Origin: Spirochaetia bacterium | Lineage (GTDB): Bacteria > Spirochaetota > Spirochaetia > CAKZLE01 | Length of the DNA: 64,000 nt | Direction: 5' to 3' | Assembly: GCA_963677595.1 (NCBI GenBank) | Contig: OY782041.1 | Coordinates: 1,760,001-1,824,000, forward strand | Shown: positions 18,703-28,438 of the stretch, piece by piece | How positions within the stretch are numbered: the stretch's first letter is position 1 | How the letters are laid out: the number at the start of each line of letters is the position of its first letter | Made by a program: the position numbers and the translations under genes | The notes under the pieces: model-generated | Databases searched by the model: none | What the model was told of the DNA's origin: nothing | The model's input: only the letters and a program-made list of their open reading frames with translations

Positions 18703-21366
18703 TTGGTGATGAGCAGGATTCCGCATTCAGATATCAAGAAGATCGCCAGGAGGTCCCTCTTTGGGATCCCCGTCCTCATGATCGTCCTCTTCACCCATTT
18801 CTTGCTGGTAGACTCTGCCCAGCGGCACGCTGCCAGACGCATCGAGGTCATGGAGCGGAACGGGCTAGCTGTCACGTCAGGCTTGATGGACAGCACGTTC
18901 ACTGATTACTACAGCGCCTTGCAGATGGCCTTCAATGCCGATGAACTCAATGATTATATCGCGCAGCCGAGCAGTGAGAATACCCATCAGGCTGAGCAGC
19001 TGTTCTTCCGCATAACCGGCAACGTCCCATCGATCCTCCAGCTGCGGTTCCTGGGGATGGACGGCATGGAGCTCATCCGGGTCAACCGGGAGAGCGACGG
19101 GATCGTCGTCGTACCTGAAGGGGAACTGCAGGACAAGAGCGACCGGTATTACGTCCAGGAGGCGCTCAGCCTTCCTAAGGGTGCGGTCTTCATCTCGGAG
19201 CTGGATTACAACATCGAGAACGGGGAGGTCGTCTTCCCGTATGCACCGGAGATCCGGCTCGTGACCCCGGTATTCGCAGGGGAAGACCCTCTCGGGCTGC
19301 TGGTCATCAATTTCGACGCTACCGAATTCCTTGACTTCTTCTCCTCCTTCCTCTCATCCTTCCCCCATGCTTTAGGGTTCGGGTTGCTGGACAGCGAGGG
19401 AAGGTGGCTGATCAAGAATGACCAGGAGGATTACATCTTCCTGCTGGAGGGGAATGAACTTATCATGGATGACCTCCCCGGCTTTGCCGACCTGGCCTTC
19501 GATGCTGACTATGTGTTTGCGGAAGGGAAAGAGAACCAGTACCTGCTCACGAAAGTCGAGCTCCTACCGACCGTCAGCCAGGGGGTGGCGGGCCAGACCT
19601 GGTACCTGGCCGGGTATTATCCCCATGACCAGCTCGCAGGGATCGACCAGAACAGTTTCCTGCTCTACTCGAAGTGGCTCATCCTGGGCTATGTCCTGCT
19701 CTACCTGCTTTGGGTAGTGGAGGCTGCCCGGTCGAGGTTCCGTGAGAATGACCGGCAGATGATCCGTGTAACGACCCATATCGCTGAGTTCACCTATGAC
19801 GGGGTGATCATCACCGATCGCGACTACCGCATCATCTTCATCAACAGGGTCCTCGAGCAGTTGACTGGCTATAAGAGGGCGAATGTCATCGGGCAGCTCC
19901 CCACGATCTTCTCCGTGAGCAATGCGGTCCCAGCACGGACTGCGGAATACCAGCAGGAACGGTTCCTCCAGGATAACTACCTGTGGGATGTGGATGTCTC
20001 GGGGATGTTCTTCCTCTCCCGGCTCTTTATATCGACCGTCATGAACGGGACGAAGAGACAGATCGAGCACTACATCGGCCTCTACCGGCAGCCGGAGCTG
20101 CCCGAGATCTCCCTGGATGACCTGCTGCACGACAGGAAGCCCGAGATCTACCACTCAGTCGATATCATACCGGTCGAGGTCATCCGGGAGCGGCTCAAGG
20201 AGGGGCCGGTCTTCTGTGTCGCCCTGATGGTATGCGAGAAGGATGTGCTGCAGAGCTATGAACGGTTCAGGGACCTGACGACTGAGCACTTCTCTGATGC
20301 GGTGTCTCTCAGGTATTCGAGTGAGTTCCTCCTGCTCGTGTTCCCGGCTGACCGAAGGGAAGCGCTTCTGGAGGAGCTGGAGACACTTCTTGTGATCTGC
20401 AGTGACCCTGATACAGAATCTGAATGGAGGATGTATGCAGGATGTTCACTGAATTGCCAATCCCCGTATCAGGCAGAGGAAGCGCTGCAGCAGGCACGCC
20501 TGGCGCTGAACCTGGCAGACCGTTCCGGTACTGTGCTCTACCGGTACTCGAGGAGCAGGCATGGGGAACTCCTGCGGTCATCGGAACTGAAGCAGCAGCT
20601 CCCGGCGGCACTGGAGAGGGGAGAACTCTTCGTCCTGTTCCAGCCTCAGGTCCTCATTGAGGATGATACCGTCATCGGGGTAGAAGCCCTCCTTCGGTGG
20701 CAGCATCCTGAGATGGGGGCTATCCCGCCGGATGAGTTCATCCCCATACTCGAGGATGACCCAGAGCTGATGCTGCTGCTGGGGAAGTTCGTGATCGAAC
20801 AGTCGGTGCAGCTGATTGCAGAGCTGAAGGAGGCAGGAATAGACCCCAATACCTTCACGGTCTCTTTCAACCTCACTGCCGATGACCTGCTCGACCCGGG
20901 GATCACGGCATACATGAAGGACCAGCTCTCCCGCTATGGTGTCCCCGCATCGGTCCTGACGGTGGAGGTGACCGAGCGGACTCTCATGGCAGAACTGGAG
21001 CAGATGAACACGATCTTTGCCGGCCTGCAGCAGGACGGGATCAGGATAGCGGTCGATGACTTCGGTACGGGATACTCCTCCCTCAACTACCTCAAGCACC
21101 TCAATATCAGCAAGATCAAGGTAGACCGGGCCTTCATCAAGGATTACCCCGACGGGGATGACGGTACCATCGTCACGGCCGTGACCTCCATGGCAGCGAC
21201 CCTCGGTATCGAGAGCATCGTGGAAGGGGTCGAGACAGAAGCCCAGCGGGAGTTCCTGAGAGGTGTCGGCTGCCCGGAATACCAGGGCTTCCTCTTCTCG
21301 AAGCCGGTACCAAAGGAGGTGATCATGAAGATGCTTGTCCCGGGAGGGAGGAATACCGACTCGTAA
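18703..21366 (+). CDS. Membrane-bound c-di-GMP phosphodiesterase (Cache-like sensor, PAS, degenerate GGDEF, EAL)
   Basis: Two TMs flank a QDKSDRYY Cache-like region; PAS DGVIITD; GVEALLRW, DDFGTGYSS and EGVE intact; GGDEF position reads YSSEF. Exact start uncertain. Confidence 0.88.
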   Translation: MVMSRIPHSDIKKIARRSLFGIPVLMIVLFTHFLLVDSAQRHAARRIEVMERNGLAVTSGLMDSTFTDYYSALQMAFNADELNDYIAQPSSENTHQAEQLFFRITGNVPSILQLRFLGMDGMELIRVNRESDGIVVVPEGELQDKSDRYYVQEALSLPKGAVFISELDYNIENGEVVFPYAPEIRLVTPVFAGEDPLGLLVINFDATEFLDFFSSFLSSFPHALGFGLLDSEGRWLIKNDQEDYIFLLEGNELIMDDLPGFADLAFDADYVFAEGKENQYLLTKVELLPTVSQGVAGQTWYLAGYYPHDQLAGIDQNSFLLYSKWLILGYVLLYLLWVVEAARSRFRENDRQMIRVTTHIAEFTYDGVIITDRDYRIIFINRVLEQLTGYKRANVIGQLPTIFSVSNAVPARTAEYQQERFLQDNYLWDVDVSGMFFLSRLFISTVMNGTKRQIEHYIGLYRQPELPEISLDDLLHDRKPEIYHSVDIIPVEVIRERLKEGPVFCVALMVCEKDVLQSYERFRDLTTEHFSDAVSLRYSSEFLLLVFPADRREALLEELETLLVICSDPDTESEWRMYAGCSLNCQSPYQAEEALQQARLALNLADRSGTVLYRYSRSRHGELLRSSELKQQLPAALERGELFVLFQPQVLIEDDTVIGVEALLRWQHPEMGAIPPDEFIPILEDDPELMLLLGKFVIEQSVQLIAELKEAGIDPNTFTVSFNLTADDLLDPGITAYMKDQLSRYGVPASVLTVEVTERTLMAELEQMNTIFAGLQQDGIRIAVDDFGTGYSSLNYLKHLNISKIKVDRAFIKDYPDGDDGTIVTAVTSMAATLGIESIVEGVETEAQREFLRGVGCPEYQGFLFSKPVPKEVIMKMLVPGGRNTDS

Positions 21367-21384
21367 TGTGCCAAAGGGACACTT

Positions 21385-21405
21385 CCCGGCTTGAACCGGG
21401 TTTTT
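21385..21405 (+). terminator. Intrinsic terminator
   Basis: CCCGG-CTTGAA-CCGGG followed by TTTTT; overlaps a possible TTGAAC-N18-TATAAT promoter for the next gene. Confidence 0.55.
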
Positions 21406-21470
21406 CCGTTCGATTATAATCAGGTGTTCTCCATGATCCACAGGGGAGCACGTATAGAGAGGATGAAAGT

Positions 21471-22403
21471 ATGAATAAGAAAGTCGAAGGGATCGTGCCG
21501 GTCATGATCACCCCGTTCACCGAAGATAACAGGATAGACTATGCCAGCCTCGAGCGGCTGGTCGAGTGGTATATCGCGAAGGGCTCGGATGCCCTGTTCG
21601 CCGTCTGCCAGTCAAGCGAGATGCAGTTCCTCTCCCTGGAGGAACGCTCCAGCCTGGCCAAGGCTGTGGTGGAGATCGTAGACGGCCGTATCCCGGTCGT
21701 TGCCAGCGGCCACATCAGCGATGACCCCTATGACCAGATCAGGGAGTTGACCGCAGCGGCCGAGTCTGGGGCTGACGGGGTCGTGCTCGTCTCCAACCAC
21801 CTCGACCCCCATCACCGGGGGACCGGGACCTTCCTGGGGAACCTTGCGTGGCTGCTGGAGAAGCTCCCGAAGGATATCCCGCTGGGCATGTACGAGTGTC
21901 CCGCCCCCTACCGGCGGCTCATCTCGGATGAGGAGCTGCAGTTCATGGCCGATACCGGGCGGTTCATCTTCATCAAGGATGTCTCCTGTGACCTCGAGAC
22001 TATCAAGAGACGGGTTGCGATCACGAAGGAATCCGGGATGGCGATCCTCAATGCCAATGCGGCGATCGCCTGGGATGCCATGAAGGCAGGGTCCCGCGGG
22101 TTCAACGGCGTGCTGACCAACTTCCACCCCGACCTCTACAAGTGGCTCTACACGAAGTGGCAGGCCTACCCGGAGGTCGCGGATGAGCTCGCCTCCTTCC
22201 TCGTGCTTGCCGCCTGCACGGAAGCGTTCGGCTACCCCGTGCTGGCCAAGATGTACCATAAGAGGATCGGGAACTTCGAGACGATCAAGTCACGAACGAT
22301 CACCTATGACGTGCATGAGAAGGTCTGGGCGATCGAGCCCCTGCTGGATCATCTCATCAAGGGAGCAGAGACCTGGAGAGAGAGAATAGGGGAACTGGCG
22401 TAA
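21471..22403 (+). CDS. Dihydrodipicolinate synthase/NAL-family aldolase-like protein
   Basis: GIVPVMITPF..IDY, Tyr in MYECP, Schiff-base Lys in FIKD. CQSSE replaces GTTGE, so not a canonical DapA. Confidence 0.82.
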   Translation: MNKKVEGIVPVMITPFTEDNRIDYASLERLVEWYIAKGSDALFAVCQSSEMQFLSLEERSSLAKAVVEIVDGRIPVVASGHISDDPYDQIRELTAAAESGADGVVLVSNHLDPHHRGTGTFLGNLAWLLEKLPKDIPLGMYECPAPYRRLISDEELQFMADTGRFIFIKDVSCDLETIKRRVAITKESGMAILNANAAIAWDAMKAGSRGFNGVLTNFHPDLYKWLYTKWQAYPEVADELASFLVLAACTEAFGYPVLAKMYHKRIGNFETIKSRTITYDVHEKVWAIEPLLDHLIKGAETWRERIGELA

Positions 22404-22413
22404 GAAGACCGAA

Positions 22414-22758
22414 TCACTTCTTCTTTCCCTTCTTCTTGGCTTTCTTTGTATCTGCAGCCTTCCCTTTCTTCTTTGCCTTCTTGGGGGCTTTAGGCTTCAC
22501 ATCCGCTTTCTTCTTCTTTTTCTTTACAGGTGTTTTCGTTACCTGGGCAGCCGGTGCTGGAGCCTTTGGTTCACTGGATTCAGTGATCTCAGGCTCCTCA
22601 GGCTGGACGGGTGCCGGCTCAGCTTCCGGTTCCTCATATCTCTTCAGGACGACCACCGGCACGCCGGCCCGTTTGATAAGGACCTCCTCTCCCTGCTCCG
22701 CAGCCCGGATCAGGGCACTGAGCTTTGCCCTTGTTTCGGTCAATGTCTCTACAACCAT
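22414..22758 (-). CDS. Phd/YefM-domain protein with Pro/Glu linker and Lys-rich C-terminal tail
   Basis: N-terminus LTETRAKLSALIRAAEQGEEVLIKRAGVPVVVL; GGAG RBS; 22 of the last 36 residues are Lys. Confidence 0.75.
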   Translation of the reverse strand: MVVETLTETRAKLSALIRAAEQGEEVLIKRAGVPVVVLKRYEEPEAEPAPVQPEEPEITESSEPKAPAPAAQVTKTPVKKKKKKADVKPKAPKKAKKKGKAADTKKAKKKGKKK

Positions 22759-22874
22759 GGCAGATCTCCCCGTATGAATGGTATTTTCAATGAGAATTGA
22801 ATCTATTCATGATTCTATTCTAGTGTTAAATGTCTGCGAGATATATGAAAAACTGGTTAAAAACCGGGATCTAC

Positions 22875-23357
22875 CTAGTGACCCTCTCCCCTGATCATCA
22901 GGGGGGCATGTTTCAGGACCGGGATGAGGAGTCTTGCTCCAAGCCGTACGGCCTTCACCGATCCGGGAAGGTTTATGAGGACCGTTGTACCACGTAACCC
23001 GGCATAGCCCCGGCTCAGCATGGCCATCGGGGTCTCCTTGCAGGATTCCGATCGTATATGTTCCGCAATCCCGGGAAGCTCCTTCTCGCACCACTCCCTG
23101 CTGATATCGGGGGTGATGTCCCTCGGGCCGATGCCGGTCCCCCCGGTCGTGATCACGGCATCGGAAGGTTCATCGCCCCCGATGGCCGCATCGAGCTCGG
23201 CGATGATGCGATCAGCCTCATCTGGGACGACGGCATACGCGATCTCGAGGCCTTCCGGTATCCCCTCCCGCAGGATCCTGATGATCTCGGGGCCTGAGAG
23301 GTCCTCATACTCCCCCCGGGAAGCCCGGTCAGATATGGTAATGACAGTGACTTTCAC
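22875..23357 (-). CDS. mog: Molybdopterin adenylyltransferase, MogA/MoaB family
   Basis: TISDR, DLSGP, TTGGTGIGPRDITPD, LSRG and NLPGS motifs. Confidence 0.9.
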   Translation of the reverse strand: MKVTVITISDRASRGEYEDLSGPEIIRILREGIPEGLEIAYAVVPDEADRIIAELDAAIGGDEPSDAVITTGGTGIGPRDITPDISREWCEKELPGIAEHIRSESCKETPMAMLSRGYAGLRGTTVLINLPGSVKAVRLGARLLIPVLKHAPLMIRGEGH

Positions 23358-23775
23358 GATCTATCCTCCCTCCTGTGATGACTTTGGCGAAGATACCCCT
23401 CCTGGGCATGACGCAGTCCCCGACTGCCTGGTAGATGGCGCAGCCGTGGTGACACTCCTTGCCGATCTGGGTCACCTCGAGCTCTGCCTCCCCAAGGAAC
23501 AGGCGCGACCCGATCGGCAGGGAACTCAGGTCGATCCCCTTCGTGGTGATGTTCTCGGCAAAGTCGCCGGGTACGAGCTCGATGCCTTTCCCCCGCATGG
23601 ACTCGACATCCTCATCGGCAAGGAGGGAGACCTGGCGGTGCCACTTCCCGGCATGGGCATCCCCTTCGATACCCCATTCCGCTATCAGGACGGCATGGTC
23701 TACCGGGACCTTCTGCTCACCCTTCTGTTCTGAGATGTTGAGCGAGATGATCGAGAAATTGTTTTCTTCATCCAT
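23329..23775 (-). CDS. MOSC domain protein
   Basis: GDAHAG.WHRQVSLL, GDFAENI, TQIGKECH..C..GDCVMPR.GIF motifs. Confidence 0.9.
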   Translation of the reverse strand: MDEENNFSIISLNISEQKGEQKVPVDHAVLIAEWGIEGDAHAGKWHRQVSLLADEDVESMRGKGIELVPGDFAENITTKGIDLSSLPIGSRLFLGEAELEVTQIGKECHHGCAIYQAVGDCVMPRRGIFAKVITGGRIDRESHCHYHI

Positions 23776-23779
23776 GGGA

Positions 23780-24238
23780 TCAGGACTCCTCTATCGGCGT
23801 CTTCGTCTTCTCAAGGAGTTTGATCTCCCCGATCGACATCTGCTTGTCCACGGCCTTGCACATATCATAGATACCGAGGGCTGCCCCGCAGACGGCACTC
23901 AATGCCTCCATCTCCACACCGGTCCTGCCGGCACAGATGGCAGTGGCCTGTATCTGAATATGGTCATCGGCGACCTGGAACTCCACATCCACCTGGTCGA
24001 GTATGACCGTATGGCAGAGGGGGATGGTATGGCCGGTCTGCTTCGCTGCCGTGATGCCGGCGATCTTCGCAACGGTGAGGACATCCCCCTTGGGCATGCG
24101 TTCATCCCTGATCGCCTCGATGGTCGCTGGGGCGAGCCAGATCTTCCCTGCTGCCACGGCGGTCCTCTTGACTATTGGTTTTGCAGCCACATTCACCATG
24201 CGTGCATGTCCGTCTTCGTCCAGATGTGAAAATTCCAC
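23780..24238 (-). CDS. moaC: Cyclic pyranopterin monophosphate synthase
   Basis: FSHLD..G.ARMV, IPLCH, TGVEMEAL, IYDMCKAVD motifs. Confidence 0.95.
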   Translation of the reverse strand: MEFSHLDEDGHARMVNVAAKPIVKRTAVAAGKIWLAPATIEAIRDERMPKGDVLTVAKIAGITAAKQTGHTIPLCHTVILDQVDVEFQVADDHIQIQATAICAGRTGVEMEALSAVCGAALGIYDMCKAVDKQMSIGEIKLLEKTKTPIEES

Positions 24239-24241
24239 TGG

Positions 24242-25042
24242 TCACCCTCCTATCTTGTTCATCGGCCGGGTCGTGTGACTGAACCCGTTCACCGGTTTTG
24301 ACCTGACTGCTGCCATCAGGGATCCCTCGATGTCATCCATGTCGACCTTGAGCTCCTCGTCCGAGTGGAGGCAGGATTTCAGGTAGCCGTCAGCGGTCAG
24401 CCTGATGCGGTTACAGGCCCCGCAGGCCGGCGGCCGCTCATACTGCATCTCGTCACTCTTCGACTCCAGAAGTGAATACTGCCTGATCCGCTGCAGCAGC
24501 AGGCCGTTTGCCCGGCAGAACTCACCCATGGCCTCGAGCTCCCCGCCTGCGGTCTCCTTCCCGACCACCATATTGATCTTGATCCGGTCGAACCCTGCCT
24601 TCTTTGCAGCCTGGACCCCCTCCAGGGCGTCTTCAAGCTTACCGCAGCGGGTTATCTTCGCATAGAGTGCGGGGTCTAACGTATCGAGTGAGATGTTCAG
24701 GGAATCGAGCCCTGCCTCCTTGAGCCCTGCTGCATACCTGGGGAGGAGTATCCCGTTCGTGGTCATGCCGAGGGTCTCGACTTCCCTGATACCTTTCAGC
24801 ATACGAACGAGCTCCGTGATCCCTCGCCTGACGAGGGGCTCCCCCCCGGTCAGCCGGAACTTCCTGAACCCGAGCCCGGTCGCTGCCCGGACGATGGCCG
24901 TGATCTCCTCGAAGCTCAGGAGGTCGGCATGGTCGAGGACGGGTACGCCCTCAGGCGGCATGCAGTAGGTGCAGCGAAGATTGCACTTGTCCGTGACTGA
25001 TATGCGGAGATACATGATCTCCCGGTTAAATGAGTCGCGCAT
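24242..25042 (-). CDS. moaA: GTP 3',8-cyclase (radical SAM), short form
   Basis: YLRISVTDKCNLRCTYCMP, TGGEPL, CGACNRIRLTADG..KSCL, C-terminal IGG. Confidence 0.92.
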   Translation of the reverse strand: MRDSFNREIMYLRISVTDKCNLRCTYCMPPEGVPVLDHADLLSFEEITAIVRAATGLGFRKFRLTGGEPLVRRGITELVRMLKGIREVETLGMTTNGILLPRYAAGLKEAGLDSLNISLDTLDPALYAKITRCGKLEDALEGVQAAKKAGFDRIKINMVVGKETAGGELEAMGEFCRANGLLLQRIRQYSLLESKSDEMQYERPPACGACNRIRLTADGYLKSCLHSDEELKVDMDDIEGSLMAAVRSKPVNGFSHTTRPMNKIGG

Positions 25043-26213
25043 GTACCTGTTGTCCTATCTTCAGCTCCCCGGTTCCCGGGGGCAGTATGACCAGTGCTTC
25101 CGTCTCCACCATGGCATTCAGGTGGGCGGAACCCATATAACGGACGGGCCTGAAGAGGGGAAGTCCCTGCTCTGGGGCATCCGGGATGATGCGGACCGGA
25201 CGGAACTCCATCCGTTCGGTATCGCGCCTGCGGATACTCACCTCAAGCATCCCGACAGTCCCCGCGGGCTTGAAGGTCAGGCCGTTGAGGTGATGGATGA
25301 ACGGCTTGACCAGCACCTCGAAGAGGATGTAAGTGGAGACGGGGTTGCCCGGGAGCCCGAAGACGAAGGTGTCGTCCCTCCTCCCGAAGAGGGTTGGCCG
25401 TCCCGGTTTGACGAGTACCCCATGGAACCTGATATTCACGCCGAGATCCTCGAGCGTTCCCGGGACGTAGTCGTACTCTCCCTTGGATACGCCGCCGCTG
25501 AGGATGACGAGGTCGCACTCATCGAGCGCCCGCTCCAGGGTCCTGCGATGGAGGTCTCGGTCATCGGCGATGATCCCGTAGCTGACCGGGGCTGCTCCCG
25601 CTGCCAGGATCTGGCACCTGAGCTGCCTCCCGTTGCTGTCGTAGATCTCTCCCGGGTTCAGTGTTTCCCCCGGATTCCTCAGCTCGCTTCCCGTCGTGAC
25701 GATCCCGACCTTCAGGGTCCGGAAGGCCTGCAGCTCAGCGATGCCCGAGGCTGCAAGGCTCCCGATGTCGCCGGCGCCGAGTCGCTTCCTGGGCATGAAA
25801 GTGTCGCCTTTATGGAGGTTCTCCCCCCTATGTATGATATTCTCATAGGGTTCAGGCTGCGTGATGCGCATGACCCCGTCCTGTTCTTCCGTATACTCCA
25901 CGCGGACGATCTTCCCCGCGCCTTCCGGTACCATGGCACCCGTCATGATCTTCGTGCAGTGCCCGGCCTTCAACGCGACGGTTGGGGTCTCCCCGGCAGC
26001 TACAGTCTCGAGGATCCTGAGCTCTGTCGATGCATCCCCTTCCATGACGGCGTAGCCGTCCATCGCCGACTTGTCGAATGGAGGGGAGTCTACCGCAGAA
26101 GCCGGGGGTTCCGCGAGGAACCGGCCGAAAGCCTCCTCGAGCTGGATGGTCTCTACCTGTGCAGGGTATTCCTGGCTGTACAGGATATCTTCTGCTTCCT
26201 GAAATGAAATCAT
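25026..26213 (-). CDS. moeA: Molybdopterin molybdotransferase
   Basis: PPFDKSAMDGYA, IMTGAMVP, TGSEL, SGGVSKG, KPGRP, GLPGNPVS motifs. Confidence 0.95.
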   Translation of the reverse strand: MISFQEAEDILYSQEYPAQVETIQLEEAFGRFLAEPPASAVDSPPFDKSAMDGYAVMEGDASTELRILETVAAGETPTVALKAGHCTKIMTGAMVPEGAGKIVRVEYTEEQDGVMRITQPEPYENIIHRGENLHKGDTFMPRKRLGAGDIGSLAASGIAELQAFRTLKVGIVTTGSELRNPGETLNPGEIYDSNGRQLRCQILAAGAAPVSYGIIADDRDLHRRTLERALDECDLVILSGGVSKGEYDYVPGTLEDLGVNIRFHGVLVKPGRPTLFGRRDDTFVFGLPGNPVSTYILFEVLVKPFIHHLNGLTFKPAGTVGMLEVSIRRRDTERMEFRPVRIIPDAPEQGLPLFRPVRYMGSAHLNAMVETEALVILPPGTGELKIGQQVHARLI

Positions 26214-26626
26214 GCTGTGCCTCTTCTGTTCCGTTAACGTACTGGCAGCTGCCGGATGGGAACTGCCACGTACTTCAGTATAGGGGAAAAGTGGAAAAAA
26301 TCCAAATGGAAGAATGGTCTTCGGGGGAGTAAATCCCGTGATCCCTGATCACAGGATAGAAAGGCATAATGGCAATTTTTCTATTTTTTGCCGATATAGC
26401 TCTGGAGGTGGTGCTATTGACAAACTACCACTTCTTAACCAATTGCCAAATGGTATTTGTACAAGGCAATACATCTTACATACAGCTCAGAAGGTGGATC
26501 CCACGTTCAAGGGGGCACAGCTCCAATATCTGCTGGATGTCTTGAATGATTCCCATATGCTCATCAGGTTAGGGCGCATCCAATTCCAGAAGGCTGAGAG
26601 TTCTATCTTTGACCATATCTAGAAGG

Positions 26627-27121
26627 TCAGGAGTGAGTGGTCAGAGAAAGCTTCTTCTCAAAGTCAAGCAGGAGGCTGGTCGTTATCGCCTGATTGATCG
26701 AATGGATCTTTCTGGCAGCAGTAGGGGCCCTTTGGGGGGAGATTACCTTTACCTTAACCAGGATTAGCAGCAGCTCCAATCCCCAGATTACCTGACCTCC
26801 GGCTTCTTGGCACGTTATGCGGAGTACTTTGTCATTCGTGAGACATACCCATTGCTCTTTTTGGACGAAATACAGGCAGGCTCTGTCTTGGAATGAGAGC
26901 CGTGGATTCCGTGGCAGATCCAATGGGGTCTCGATGATAATCAATCCGAGTTCCTTAGCTTTTTTCTCAGACAGCGCTTTTACCTCATGAAGAACAACAT
27001 CGGGAATATATACAGCTTTCCAGCAATGTGCCATTTGCCTTATGATGCCCTCATCGACAGCTGCCAAGTCTATCAGGATATTTGCATCACAGACAGCGGC
27101 TCCCTCTATGGGTCTACTCAT
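26627..27121 (-). CDS. PIN-like domain protein (putative toxin)
   Basis: DANILIDL, E, SFQD and LTND acidic-residue pattern of PIN domains; overlaps the stop of the upstream gene. Confidence 0.7.
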   Translation of the reverse strand: MSRPIEGAAVCDANILIDLAAVDEGIIRQMAHCWKAVYIPDVVLHEVKALSEKKAKELGLIIIETPLDLPRNPRLSFQDRACLYFVQKEQWVCLTNDKVLRITCQEAGGQVIWGLELLLILVKVKVISPQRAPTAARKIHSINQAITTSLLLDFEKKLSLTTHS

Positions 27122-28223
27122 GAAGTTCAGCTAACTCCTGCTGCCAATCATTGATGCGGTCCCGCATCTCCTCTACGGACAGGTGCAGGAGTTCCCCAGC
27201 TAGGGAGATGGAGATGAGCTCCTTGTCATATGCCTTTCGAACCAGCCGTGCATACCGATCTTCTATCAGTTCGAAACGGCTTATGGCGTCAGGTTCATAG
27301 AAGTCTTTCAGGTCATGGTTGTATTTGCGTTTGTATTGAACAGCGAAATCCCTATTCAGGACAGCACGATCCAATGTAGGGTTGATCTGGCTCAGGCGAT
27401 ACAGCACGGTCTTATAGCTGACTTTGAATAGCTTCTTGGTCCTCAGCACGGAATCGACAAAATCAAGGCCGGTTGAGGCATTCCATTCCCTGATGAAGGT
27501 CTTTGAGGGGACAAGCAGCGTCTGGGCAAATTCATTTGCCTCGTCCTCCTCAGTCTTGTCTTCTCCCTGAATAGGCTCGCCATAGGATCCTCGGTGAAGG
27601 ATGAGGTGCCCAAGCTCATGGGCAATGGTGAAAAGCTGCCTCTCAACAGAGATCCCCTGTCCGGAATTGGCGATGATAGCAGGCCCTCCATCCTGTGCCC
27701 CTATAGAGAGACCGAATGTCTTCCTGAAGCCAAAATCATATAATCGCAGCTTGATACCCAAATCCTCGATCATGCTGGCTAGGTTACAGATTGGAGCATG
27801 TTCCGGCAGATCGAGGATCCTGCGTACCTCAGAACTTGCTTGCCCTGGATCCCGGGTACCTATATCATCCAGCCTGGACTCAAGGTGATCGTCCAATAAG
27901 CCTTCGAGGTACAGGTAGTTTTCCAGCCAGACAGCTGCCTCGATCCTGGTCTGGTCCCGTTGAGCTTTTTCCCTTCCACTCAACCGGTTGGTCCGAAACC
28001 TGATAGTCTTCAATTCGAGGGGGTCTGCCAGCAGGTCGATGAAGCGGGCACCCAGTGCGTCAGCCAGCTTGAGCAGCGTACTGGATCTTGGGATCGATCT
28101 TCCATTCAGGATGTTTGAGAGAGTTGCGGTGCCCATACCGATCTCTGCAGAGAGCTGTTTTATGGTGAACCCCTCCTTTTTCATCAATCTCCTGAGATTA
28201 CTGCCAATATCTTGTATAGCCAT
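27114..28223 (-). CDS. XRE HTH + ImmA/IrrE (M78) metallopeptidase fusion
   Basis: N-terminal XRE HTH (LSNILNG..P); RQLFTIAHELGH zinc motif; EDEANEFA. Start at ATG 28223 with AGGAG RBS. Confidence 0.9.
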   Translation of the reverse strand: MAIQDIGSNLRRLMKKEGFTIKQLSAEIGMGTATLSNILNGRSIPRSSTLLKLADALGARFIDLLADPLELKTIRFRTNRLSGREKAQRDQTRIEAAVWLENYLYLEGLLDDHLESRLDDIGTRDPGQASSEVRRILDLPEHAPICNLASMIEDLGIKLRLYDFGFRKTFGLSIGAQDGGPAIIANSGQGISVERQLFTIAHELGHLILHRGSYGEPIQGEDKTEEDEANEFAQTLLVPSKTFIREWNASTGLDFVDSVLRTKKLFKVSYKTVLYRLSQINPTLDRAVLNRDFAVQYKRKYNHDLKDFYEPDAISRFELIEDRYARLVRKAYDKELISISLAGELLHLSVEEMRDRINDWQQELAELHE

Positions 28224-28438
28224 CCGTCTCTCCTGTCTACAGTATAGCAAACTATGCATGAATTAACAAATAATAAAAATACATAGCAAACTAACTATAA
28301 AATAGTTATATAAGATAATAGATACTAAGTAATGACCCTACAGACTTTCGGGTATCCATATCATGCGTACATGCAACAGGGCTCCCCTGATGTGGGAAGT
28401 CATTGGATGTGTATGGGGGAAGAGGGGCGTATGCTTGG

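Noticed and set aside
18703-21366. Diguanylate cyclase activity
   Set aside because: The GGDEF motif is degenerate (YSSEF); only the EAL domain looks catalytic, which is a common architecture.
26314-26622. 102-aa plus-strand ORF and a stop-interrupted minus-strand frame
   Set aside because: No recognisable domain or RBS; may be a decayed remnant but cannot be supported.
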